A stretch of 64,000 bases of DNA from Macrostomum hystrix (lineage: Eukaryota > Animalia > Platyhelminthes): the NCBI GenBank assembly GCA_950097015.1, contig CATNEN010000038.1, positions 22,568,001 through 22,632,000 of the forward strand, given 5' to 3'. Below the pieces are notes generated by a model, which had not been told where the DNA came from, made no database searches, and worked only from the letters and a program-made list of their open reading frames with translations. Within the stretch, counting starts at the first letter, position 1, and the number at the start of each line of letters is the position of its first letter. Shown here piece after piece: positions 25,634 to 37,918 of the stretch. Position numbers and translations under genes: made by a program.

Positions 25634-28600
25634 CTAGCAAGTTTTGCCCCCCTTCGGGGAGCAGAAATATTTTTATTCCGTCTAGTATATACTTTTTAGC
25701 AGCTGAATTTACAGCTTTTTAAAGCTACAATGATCGCCCAGTTGACAATGATCAACCAGTTGACAATGATCCCCCAGTTGACAATGATCCCCCAGTCAAC
25801 AATGATTCCCCAGTTGACAATGATCCCCTAGTTGACAATGAACCCCCAGTTGACAAGGATCCCCCAGTTGATGATGACTCCCCAGTTGACAATGATCCCC
25901 CAGTTGACAATGATCCCCCAGTTGACAATGATCCCCCAGTTCAAAATGATTCCCCAGATGATAATGAACCCCCAGTTGACAATGATCCCCCAGTTGACAA
26001 TGATCCCCCAGTCAACAATGATTCCCCAGTTGACAATGATCTCCTAATTGATGATGATCACCCAGTTGACAATGATCCCCCAGTTGACAATGATCCCCTA
26101 GTTGACAATGAACCCCCAGTTGACAAGGATCCCCCAGTTGATGATGACTCCCCAGTTGACAATGATCCCCCAGTTGACAATGATCCCCCAGTTGACAATG
26201 ATCCCCCAGTTCAAAATGATTCCCCAGATGATAATGAACCCCCAGTTGACAATGATCCCCCAGTTGACAATGATCCCCCAGTCAACAATGATTCCCCAGT
26301 TGACAATGATCTCCTAATTGATGATGATCACCCAGTTGACAATGATCCCCCAGTTGACAATGATCCCCTAGTTGACAATGAACCCCCAGTTGACAAGGAT
26401 CCCCCAGTTGATGATGACTCCCCAGTTGACAATGATCCCCCAGTTGACAATGATCCACCAGTTGACAATGATCCCCCAGTTCAAAATGATTCCCCAGATG
26501 ATAATGAACCCCCAGTTGACAATGATCCCCCAGTTGACAATGATCCCCCAGTCAACAATGATTCCCCAGTTGACAATGATCTCCTAATTGATGATGATCA
26601 CCCAGTTGACAATGATCCCCCAGTTGACAATGATCCCCTAGTTGACAATGAACCCCCAGTTGACAAGGATCCCCCAGTTGATGATGACTCCCCAGTTGAC
26701 AATGATCCCCCAGTTGACAATGATCCCCCAGTTGACAATGATCCCCCAGTTCAAAATGATTCCCCAGATGATAATGAACCCCCAGTTGACAATGATCCCC
26801 CAGTTGACAATGATCCCCCAGTCAACAATGATTCCCCAGTTGACAATGATCTCCTAATTGATGATGATCACCCAGTTGACAATGATCCCCCAGTTGACAA
26901 TGATCCCCTAGTTGACAATGAACCCCCAGTTGACAATGATCCCCAGTTGACCATGATCCCCCATTTGATGATGATTCCCCAGTTTACAATTATCCCACAG
27001 TTGACGATTATCCCCCAGTTCTGGATTAGCTATGATTCGATTCCCCAGTTTACAATTATCCCACAGTTGACGATTATCCCCCAGTTCTGGATTAGCTATG
27101 ATTCAAACTCTGGTTTTGCCATGATTCAAACTCTGATTTTGCCATGATTCAAACTCTGGTTTAGCCATGATTCAGACGCTGGTTTAGCCATGATTCAGAC
27201 TCTGGCTTAGAATGATTCAAACTCTGGTTTAGCCTTGATTCAGACTATGGTTTAGCCATGATTCAAACTCTGGTTTAGCCATGATTCAAACGCTGGTTTT
27301 GCTATGAGAACTAATTCCCCCAGCAGCAGAGAACTAATTCCCCCAGCAGCAGAGAACTAATTCCCCCAGCAGCAGAGAACTAAATTCCCCAGCAGCAGAG
27401 AACTAATTCCCCCAGCAGCAGAAAACTAAACATGTTCTCCAAACATAAGAGAACCTCCATAATACCAGAATGGAGGCTACTTGCAGGCTACCAAACTCGC
27501 AGCAAGAAATGTTTGCCCTTTTTCTTTGACAAGAAACCATTGCCCCCAAATAGCATAGAAACGATGTGTCCATCGTTTTACTCAGCCCAGAAGGCAACAA
27601 ATATCTCCTGTTACATCTCCTGTTACATGTGGCACGGTAGATACATTTACGAGAAAACTGTTAAAAACATTTAGAAAATCGTTGGACACATTTAGAAAAT
27701 CATTGAGCACTTTAGAAAACGGTTTCGATCAGTCTTCGTCGAATAAAGTTTTATAATTGTTATTATTAAATAAGCTATTTTTTGATCGAATAACGCTTAA
27801 AGCAATGCTCAAAAAATAGAAAAATTTGAAATAATTTACTCTCTTAGCTGCGCTCAATATTTTTTTCTTGCAGTTCTCAATTGTGATAACGCCTGCAGCT
27901 ATGCACAAAAATATTTCCTTAGTTTTATTATCGAATAAAACTTGCTGCTTTACTCGAAAAACTTATACTTTTTTCTGAGAGCGAGTACAGGAATAATAAA
28001 GCTAACAAATATCTGCTTCGACAGTAGCTAACCAAAAGCGCTTACTATTTATACTCGAACCAAAAATGCCCAAAAATACTAATAAATAGGAACTTACGTT
28101 TTTTACTGCTTATGTTTAGAAGATTAAAAGAAAAAGAAGCAGTAACACAGCTGATGCTGAAATTCTACCTGCATTCTACAAAAGCATTAAAGTACTTTAC
28201 TTCGGAGCTAGATGAAAAGAAAGCGGCACAATGATCGAAGTCGAGACAAGGTTTGACAATAGAAAGGCTGCAGTTTTATGGATAGAAAGGAGGAGGAGAG
28301 GTCTCGCTAGCATTGAGCATCATAAAAGCCCAATCATGAAATCTGCTATGTACGTTTTGCGTATTCAAATGAAATCACTCGATCAGCCAAGAGACAAATT
28401 TATAAACGTACGTACGGGTCGAAAAGCAGTGACGCAATCCTATTCAATTGAGAGTATCGGGCCCTGTTCTGTGCTATACCAATGCACGCGCGGGCGAGAA
28501 AAAGCACCGATGCAATCTAATAAAGCTGACAGTGTCCGGCCCTATTCTAATTTAACCTTGTTTGGCCTCCTATTGAAAGCAATAGGAAAACTCGTTTTTC

Positions 28601-28732
28601 GAATATTTAATATTGTTAGCGTTGAAGCAGACTAACGAAATTTTCAAGGTCTCATGCCAGTATAATTTGGCATGTTTAGCAAAAAACGCGATCAAATTTG
28701 GTTGAGGCATTTAGCCTGTGTATCGAAATTCC

Positions 28733-28766
<34 letters not shown>

Positions 28767-28789
28767 TTTAGAGATTTAGTATAGTTGGA
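25634..28789 (-). mobile_element. Chimeric Helitron-like unit: 3' end, 18-bp array and short 23-bp array of the same family (25634-27305) joined to a different 5' module (27306-28789)
   Basis: CTAG end at 25634-25637 abuts the TC start of the next unit. The 5' end reads A|TCCAACTATACTAAATCTCTAAA(GTCT)n..CTCAACC..ATGCCAAAT on the minus strand. Confidence 0.75.
27306..27425. repeat. Short 23-bp tandem (GAGAACTAATTCCCCCAGCAGCA) x5 at the chimera junction
   Basis: Visible directly. Confidence 0.88.
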
Positions 28790-28980
28790 TTAACTCTGCA
28801 TAGCTTCTGTTAAATGGGTATCAGCATTACTGGAGGGTAATTGAGGGTGAGTGTGCCGTGTTCCCCAGTCCATGGACTGAACATTTGTACGCAGCCATCA
28901 GATACGCCAGACAATAGCTGCGGCTGTGCTGTCAGCTGCACATCTGGCCCAATCGGGCCAGTTGTAATCAAATATTATTA
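28790..28980 (+). mobile_element. Probable 3' half of the SINE split by the Helitron dimer
   Basis: Joining 15787 to 28790 gives GCCATTTAGCAATGAAA|TTAACTCTGCATAGCTTCTGTTAAATGGGTATCAGC, resembling CORE-type SINE consensus (..CTTGAGCAAG..CTTAAC...TGTAAATGGGTA). Confidence 0.5.
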
Positions 28981-28987
28981 TCCAAAG

Positions 28988-31067
28988 TATAATCCCACAA
29001 TCTACAATCCCACAAACCATATTCCAACAATCTAGAACCCCACAATCTAGAATCCCATAATCTATAATCCCACAATCTAGAATCCTACATTCTAGAATCC
29101 CACATTCTAGAATCCCACAATCTAGAATCCCACATTCTAGAATCCCACATTCTAGAATCCCACAATCTATAATCCCACAATCTAGAATCCTACATTCTAG
29201 AATCCCACATTCTAGAATCCCACAATCTATAATCCCACAATCTAGAATCCCACAATCTCGAATCTCACAATCTATAATCCCACAATCTAGAATCCTACAT
29301 TCTAGAATCCCACATTCTAGAATCCCACAATCTATAATCCCACAATTTAGAATCCCACATTCTAGAATCCCTCATTCTAGAATCCCACATTCTAGAATCC
29401 CACATTCTAGAATCCCACATTCTAGAATCCCACAATCTATAATCCCACAATCTAGAATCCCACATTCTAGAATCCCACAATCTAGAATCCCACAATCTCG
29501 AATCTCACAATCTATAATCCCACAATCTAGAATCCTACATTCTAGAATCCCACATTCTAGAATCCCACAATCTATAATCCCACAATTTAGAATCCCACAT
29601 TCTAGAATCCCTCATTCTAGAATCCCACATTCTAGAATCCCACATTCTAGAATCCCACATTCTAGAATCCCACATTCTAGAATCCCACAATCTATAATCC
29701 CACAATCTAGAATCCCACATTCTAGAATCCCACATTCTAGAATCCCACAATCTATAATCCCACAATCTAGAATCCCACAATCTATAATCCCTCAATCTAT
29801 AATCCCACAATCTAGAATCCTACATTCTAGAATCCCACATTCTAGAATCCCACAATCTATAATCCCACAATCTAGAATCCCACATTCAAGAATCCCACAT
29901 TCTAGAATCCCACAATCTATAATCCCACAATCTAGAATCCCACATTCTAGAATCCCACATTCTAGAATCCCACAATCTAGAATCCCACAATCTATAATCC
30001 CACAATTTAGAATCCCACATTCTAGAATCCCACAATCTAGAATCCCACAATCTAGAACCCCACAATCTAGAATCCCATAATCTATAATCCCACAATCTAG
30101 AATCCCACATTCTAGAATCCCACATTCTAGAATCCCACAATCTATAATCCCACAATCTAGAATCCTACATTCTAGAATCCCACATTCTAGAATCCCACAA
30201 TCTATAATCCCACAATTTAGAATCCCACATTCTAGAATCCCTCATTCTAGAATCCCACAATCTAGAATCCCACATTCTAGAATCCCACATTCTAGAATCC
30301 CACATTCTAGAATCCCACAATCTAGAATCCCACAATCTATAATCCCACAATTTAGAATCCCACATTCTAGAATCCCACATTCTAGAATCCCACATTCTAG
30401 AATCCCACAATCTATAATCCCACAATCTAGAATCCTACATTCTAGAATCCCACATTCTAGAATCCCTCAATTTATAATCCCACAATCTAGAATCCCACAA
30501 TCTCGAATCCCACAATCTATAATCCCACAATCTAGAATCCCACAATCTATAATCCCACAATTTAGAATCCCACATTCTAGAATCCCACATTCTAAAATCC
30601 CACATTTTAGAATCCCACAATCTTTAATCCCACAATCTATAATCCCACAATCTACAATCCCACAATCTCGAATCCCACAATCTATAATCCCATAATCTAG
30701 AATCCTACATTCTAGAATCCCACATTCTAGAATCCAAGAATCTATAATCCCATAATCTAGAATCCTACATTCTAGAATCCCACATTCTAGAATCCAAGAA
30801 TCTATAATCCCACAATCTAGAATCCCACAATCTATAATCCCACAATTTAGAATCCCACAACTTAGAATCCCACATTCTATAATCCCACAATCTAGAATCC
30901 CACAATCTATAATCCCACAATTTAGAATCCCACAATTTAGAATCCCACATTCTAGAATCCCTCATTCTAGAATCCCACATTCTAGAATCCCACATTCTAG
31001 AATCCCACATTCTAGAATCCCACAATCTAGAATCCCACAATCTATAATCCCACAATCTACAATCCCA
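28988..31067. repeat. 15-bp minisatellite (AATCCCACATTCTAG / AATCCCACAATCTAT), about 138 copies
   Basis: Visible tandem array. Confidence 0.97.
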
Positions 31068-31520
31068 CCGGCTGAGCTGTCGGTTGCACATCTGACCTAA
31101 TTGGGGTAAGTGTAACCAATTATTGCAAGTAATAATCATTCAATGTGTATATTTTCTTTCAAAATTTCTTTTAATGGCAAGAACTTTTTCTAAACAAAAA
31201 ACTCGATAGAATAAGCCTATATAGATAGGCTTGTCTAGTTGTCCAGTCTAAAAACAAATAACAGGCAAGTCAATGACTACTAACATTGATTTGATAAGCT
31301 CCAAAAGTGAAGATTTTAAGTCATAAAAAGTTAAAACCTTTATCTTTCTTTCGATCTGGTTATCTACAGATTTGATAATTATATACTAATCCAACTAATC
31401 CCCTCGTTAATCTCTTCTTAATCCCCCGTTAATCCTGGGCTAGTCCCTTGAAAACACTCAACTTGTCGCTTGTTTAACCACAGCAAATCCCTTGTTAATC
31501 CTCAGTTAATCCCCCGACAG

Positions 31521-32801
31521 TCAGTCGCGCCGCAGTCGCCGCAGGCTGACAGCCGAGGCGGCCACAGACGCGGTCCTAGTGCGCAGGCTCTGATTCTCCT
31601 CGCGCAGTGCGGCCAATTCGCGCCTCGCAGCGATGAAATCTCGAAAGCTGACCGACAATTCGTCGCTGTCGTCATTGTCTTCAACATCGCCGAGAACGCG
31701 GCCCCGACGGCTTCTTAAGGCGCGAAGAGTCAACAGCAGCTCAGCTTTGGCGGCCTCGTGAGCCGCAGTCGCCGACGTGGCGCTCCGCAGAGCGATGTCC
31801 TCGCAGTCGGCGAGGTCAGACTCCAGCTGGGCCACCTTTTTCTGAGCACACTCCAGCTTGAGCAGCTGCGAGTCCAGCTCCGATTGGCTCCGCACCTCAG
31901 CCCTGTCATCGGCATCTCGCTCCGACTCCAGCTGATCAACTTGACGCTGAAACCAAACAGGCGGGGCAGATTAAATATACGTAATACTGCAAGAGTTGCA
32001 TACTTGCAGTAGGGCAGTGGGCAGTGTCAGTTGTCCTTGTCGCAATGGTCTTCGACAAGAATCGCTGATTATCTCGACGATGCTTACTCGGACGGCTTTG
32101 AAACCAAAGTTAATCTTAAAGGGCAGAAAATTTTGATCTAATTGGCGGACTTTCACGAAAATCGGTCATTCGGTTTGTGAGCTATCCTCGTAGGCAGTGG
32201 GTATTTGTAAAGCCAAAGCCTTCTCTCCGCGGCTGCGCCCCAAATGAATGTGGCCTCGCCGCGGAATCGTGCTCAGGGACCTTGGTGCGAGAGGCAGACG
32301 CGTTAGACCGCTCTAGTTAATCCCATAAGATACTCCCAGCTCCATGTCATCATCCCGGATCAGCCACCGCACCTGCAGCGTCTCTCTGCGCCTCACAGCC
32401 GCTGTCAGCGCCGCCTCCATAGAGTCACCCGACTCGACCGGATCCCAGGCAGTCAGCGCCATGATTTGATGCTCGACGCCTTCGCGTTCGGCTCGAAGTG
32501 CAGCTAAACTTCTAGCCAAGCCGGTCGACTTCTGACGCGCCAGCGACAACGCGTCGGCGCCGAGTTTGGCAGCGTTCAACAGCTGCTCGATTGACGCCTC
32601 GCGTTGGCGCGCTCGTCGACGAAGCGACTCGGCCGTCTCGGCAGCGACGGCGCTCTCCTCGGCGCGCTGTTTCTCGGCTAGCGAAGCATCGGCTAGGAGG
32701 CGCGCCAGTTGACGCTCGTGCATGCGGCTCAAGCAGCGCGACGTTTCGTCGGAATAGAATCGAATATTCGACGCGACCTCGTCTTCCTGGTCGGTGTCCA
32801 T
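31521..32801 (-). CDS. Uncharacterised Ala/Arg/Glu-rich coiled-coil protein (~284 aa); exons 32801-32373 and 31946-31521
   Basis: GC-rich ORFs joined by phase-0 CAG|gtgcgg...tttcag|CGT: MDTDQEDEVASNIRFY..RRETLQ|RQVDQLESE..RRLRRD*. Upstream exons are possible. Confidence 0.7.
32215..32322 (-). mobile_element. tRNA-derived SINE (family 2) head fragment inside the intron
   Basis: Minus strand CTAGAGCGGTCTAACGCG..GAGCACGATTCCGCGGCGAGGC..GGGGCGCAGCCGCGGAGAGAAGGCT; high similarity to 51820-51925. Confidence 0.72.
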
Positions 32802-33332
32802 TGTCCTAATCCTAATCCTAATCCTAATCCTAATCTGCTTCTGAAACGCATATATCTATACTTGGTCAGGAAAAAAACCTCAATTCCAGGACTGAAAGAA
32901 GGAAAACAATACGCATCAATGCTTTTCTCCCCTACCCCGATGCCATTTATGTACATTTGGGGATGTACACAATCATTACAAAAATCTATTTCTCGTGCTA
33001 TAATAGTCAGCCTCCCTAGAGTTTGCAACCTCATCGATTTTTGTATACTTGCGGAAGAGCCGACTGGTTCTGAAACCGCTTAGAATTGGCCTGAGAGGTT
33101 TGAGTAGAGTAGGGAGAGAGACTATAGGTGGGCGTTATAAGGGGAGAGAAAAGAGAGAACAACAATGAAGAGATCGACTCACGTGTTGCAGGAATATTTC
33201 CTGTCCCTCAGTTGCTAAAAATCCAGGTGCACATTTTTTCTAACAAATCTGCTGACATCACAGTTGAACACTTTATACTGCATTGCCACTGACTTATTAC
33301 TCGAGTGACATTCATTTCTTAAGTTTATGTCA

Positions 33333-36300
33333 TCCACTATACTAAAAATGAAATGCTTGCTTGCTTGCTTGCTTGCTTGGTTGCTTGTAATTGATTTTCT
33401 CCCGAGCGGCTCAACCGATTTTCACCATTTCTTCACCAAAAGATGCCAAATATGGGGACAATTATACACGTATTTTTATTAAGCTTAACTTTATTGCTAA
33501 CGGGATTAAATATTCGAAAAACATGATTTTTCAAAGGTCAAACCATCTTGGCCTATTGAGAATTTTACTCACTGCCGCTGAATTAGAATTGCATCGTCAA
33601 ATTGCGCAACAACCCCTAGCTGATTGAATTTAAAGCCTGCACTCTGGAGACAATTTGAAAATAAATGTACACAACCGACCGCGAGACTGAGTGTACTCTA
33701 TTTTCTCACTTCATTGTACAAAGCCAGAACTTTGAGAATTCATTTTATAAGGCTGATTTTTGCACCCACTAACCAACAGTCGGAATAGCCGATGTGTAGG
33801 CACTAGGAATAGGTTATAGGCTAGGCTAGGGTTCGATTCTGCACTGCGTCAAATCATTTTAGACTAATTTTCAGCCAGTAGTGATTGAAGACTATTTTAA
33901 TTAATTTTTTCATTTCGTAAATAAAATATCATAAATCATAGCACACCTGAGTTTGAATCATTGCAAAAATAGAGTTTGAATCATGGCTAACCTATAGAGT
34001 CTGAATCATGGCTAAACCAGAGTCTGAATCATGGCTAAAATAAAGTCTGAATCATGGCTAAACCAGAGTCTGAATCATGGCTAAACTAGAGTCTGAATCA
34101 TGGCTAAACCAGAGTCTGAATCATGGCTAAACTATAGTCTGAATCATGGCTAAACCAGAGTTTGAACCATGGCTAAACCAGAGTTTGAATCATGGCTAAA
34201 CCAGAGTCTGAATCATGGCAAAACCAGAGTTTCAATCATGGCTAAACAAGAGTTTCAATCATGGCTAAACCAGCGTCTGAATCATGGCTAAACCAGCGTC
34301 TGAATCATGGCTAAACCAGAGTTTGAATCATGGCTAAACCAGAGTTTCAATCATGGCTAAACCAGCGTCTGAATCATGGCTAAACCAGCGTCTGAATCAT
34401 GGCTAAACTAGAGTCTGAATCATGGCTAAAATAGAGTCTGAATCATGGCTAAACCAGAGTCTGAATCATGGCTAAACCAGAGTCTGAATCATGGCTAAAC
34501 CAGAGTCTGAATCATGGCTAAACCAGAGTCTGAATCATGGCTAAACCAGCGTCTGAATCATGGCTAAACCAGAGTTTGAATCATGGCTAAACCAGAGTTT
34601 GAATCATGGCTAAACCAGAGTTTGAATCATGGCTAAACCAGAGTCTGAATCATGGCTTAACCAGAATTTAAATCATGGCTAAACCAGAGTCTGAATCATG
34701 GCTTAACCAGAGTCTGAATCATGGCTAAACCAGAGTCTGAATCATGGCTAAACCAGAGTCTGAATCATGGCTAAACTAGAGTCTGAATCATGGCTAAACC
34801 AGCGTCTGAATCATGGCTAAACCAGAGTTTGAATCATAGCTAAACCAGAGACTAAATCATGGCTAAACCATCATCATCAGCATGGCTAAACTAGAGTTTG
34901 AATCATGGCTAAACCAGAGTTTGAATATTGGCTACACCAGAGTTTGAATCATGGCTAAACCAGAGTCTGAATCATGGCTAAACTAGAGTTTGAATCATGG
35001 CTAAACCATCATCATCAGCATGGCTAAACTAGAGTTTGAATCATGGCTAAACCAGAGTTTGAATATTGGCTACACCAGAGTTTGAATCATGGCTAAACCA
35101 GAGTCTGAATCATGGCTAAACCAGAGTTTGAATCATGGCTAAACCAGAGTCTGAATCATGGCTAAACCAGCGTCTGAATCATGGCTAAAGCAGAGTTTGA
35201 ATCATGGCTAAACCAGAGACTAAATCATGGCTAAACCAGCGTCTGAATCATGGCTAAACCAGCGTCTGAATCATGGCTAAACCAGAGTTTGAATCATGGC
35301 TAAACCAGAGACTAAATCATGGCTACACCAGGCTTTGAATCATGGCTAAACCATCATCATCAGCATGGCTAAACCAGAGTTTGAATCATGGCTAAACCAT
35401 CATCATCAGCATGGCTAAACTAGAGTTTGAATCATGGCTAAACCAGAGTTTGAATAATAGCTACACCAGAGTTTGAATCATGGCTAAACCAGAGTCTGAA
35501 TCATGGCTAAACCATCATCATCAGCATGGCTAAACTAGCGTCTGAATCATGGCTAAACCAGAGTTTGAATCATGGCTAAAACAGAGTTTGAATCATGGCT
35601 AAACCAGAGTTTGAATCATAGCCAACCAGAGTTTGAATCTTGGCTAAACCAGAGTTTCAATCATGGCTAACCCAGCGTTTGAATCATGGCTAAACCAGAG
35701 TTTGAATCATGTCAAAACCAGCGTTTGAATCATGGCTAAACCAGAATTTGAATCATGGCTAAACCAGAGTTTGAATCATGGCTAAACCAGAGTTTGAATC
35801 ATAGCCAACCAGAGTCTGAATCATGGCAAAACGAGAGTTTGAATCATAGCCCACCAGGGTTTAAAACATGGCGAAACCTGAGTTTGAATCTTGGCTAACC
35901 CAGCGTTTGAAAAATCAACGTCAACTGGGGAGTCATCATCAAAATGGGGATCATGGTGAACTGGGGGATAATCGTCAACTGGGGGATCATGGTAAACTGG
36001 GGGATAATTGTCAACTGGGGGATCATTGTCAACTGGGGGATCATTGTCAACTAGGGGGTAATGGTCAACTGGGGGATAATCGTCAACTGGGGTATCATGG
36101 TAAACTGGGGGATAATTGTCAACTGGGGGATCATTGTCAACTGGGGGATCATCATCAACTGGGGGATCATTGTGAACTGGGGGATAATTGTCAACTGGGG
36201 GATCATTGTCAACTGTGGGATCATTGTCAACTGGGGGATCATTGTCAACTGGGGGATCATTGTCAACTGGGGGATCATTGTCAACTGGGGGTTCATTGTC

Positions 36301-37918
36301 AACTGGGGGATCATTGTCAACTGGGGGGATCATTGTCAACTGGGGGATCATTGTCAACTGGGGGTTCATTGTCAACTGGGGGTTCATTGTCAACTGTGGG
36401 ATCATTGTCAACGGGCGGGATCATTGTCAACTGGGTGATCATTGTCAACTGGGGGATCGTTGTCAACGTGGTTCATTGTTAACTGGGGGATCATTGTCAA
36501 CTGGGGGATCATCATCAACTGGGGGATCATCATCAACTGGCGGATCATTGTCAACTGGGGGTTCATTGTCAACTGTGGGATCATTGTCAACGGGCGGGAT
36601 CATTGTCGACTGGGGAATCATTGTCAACTGGGGGATCATTGTCAACTGGGGGATCATTGTCAACTGGGTGATCATCATCAACTGGGGGATCATTGTCAAC
36701 TGGGGGAACATTGTCAACTGGAGGAAAATTGTTAACTGGGGATCATCATCAATGGGGAGTCATCATCAACTGGGGGATCATTGTGAACTGGGGGATCTTT
36801 GTTAACTTGGGGATCATTGTCAACTGGGGGATCATTGTCAACTGGGGGATCATTTTCAACTGGGGGATCATCATCAACTAGGGGATCATCATCAACTGGG
36901 GGATCATTGTGAACTGGGGGATCATTGTCAACTGTGGGATCATTGTCAACGGGCGGGATCATTGTCAACTGGGGGATCATTGTCAACTGGGGGATCATTG
37001 TCAACTGGGGGTTCATTGTCAACTGGGTGATCATCATCAACTGGGGGATCATTGTCAACTGTGGGATCATTGTCAACGGGCGGGATCATTGTTAACTGGG
37101 GATCATTGTCAACTGGGGGATCGTTGTCAACTGGGGTTCATTGTTAACTGGGGGATCATTGTCAACTGGGTGATCATTGTCAACTGGGGGATCATCATCA
37201 ACTGGCGGATCATTGTCAACTGGGGGTTCATTGTCAACTGTGGGATCATTGTCAACGGGCGGGATCATTGTCAACTGGGGAATCATTGTCAACTGGGGGA
37301 TCATTGTCAACTGGGGGATCATTGTCAACTGGGTGATCATCATCAACTGGGGGATCATTGTCAACTGGGGGAACATTGTCAACTGGAGGAACATTGTTAA
37401 CTGGGGATCATCATCAATGGGGAGTCATCATCAACTAGGGGATCATTGTGAACTGGTGGATCTTTGTTAACTTGGGGATCATTGTCAACTGGGGGATCAT
37501 TGTCAACTGGGGGATTATTGTCAACTGCATGGGGGATCATTTTCAACTGGGGGATCATCATCAACTGGGGGATCATCATCAACTGGGGGATCATTGTGAA
37601 CTGGGGATCTTTGTCAACTGGGGGATCATTGTCAACTGTGGGATCATTGTCAACTGGGGGATCATTGTCAACTGGGGGATCATTGTCAACTGGGGGATCA
37701 TTGTCAACTGGGGGTTCATTGTCAACTGGGGGTTCATTGTCAACTGGGGGATCATTGTCAACTGGGGGATAATTGTCAACTAGGGATCATCATCAACTAG
37801 GGGATCATCATCAACTGGGGGATCATTGTCAACTGGGGGTTCATTGAAGCTATAAAAAGCTGTAAATTCAGCTGCTAAAAAGTATTTCTGCTCCCCGAAG
37901 GGGGGCAAAACTTGCTAG
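33333..37918 (+). mobile_element. Non-autonomous Helitron-like copy A (4586 bp); 23-bp array ~33940-35910, 18-bp array ~35915-37845
   Basis: A|TCCACTATACTAAAAATGAAAT(GCTT)n start; end GCTCCCCGAAGGGGGGCAAAACTTGCTAG. Confidence 0.88.

Noticed and set aside
28231-28635. 134-aa ORF in the chimeric 5' module
   Set aside because: AT-rich, unlike the GC-rich true exons; no recognisable domain or splice support.
33391-33627. Repeated 75-78 aa ORF MIFSR.. (also 25356, 37969, 42687)
   Set aside because: TTG start, within the Helitron 5' module, no Rep or helicase motifs; recurrence reflects element copy number.
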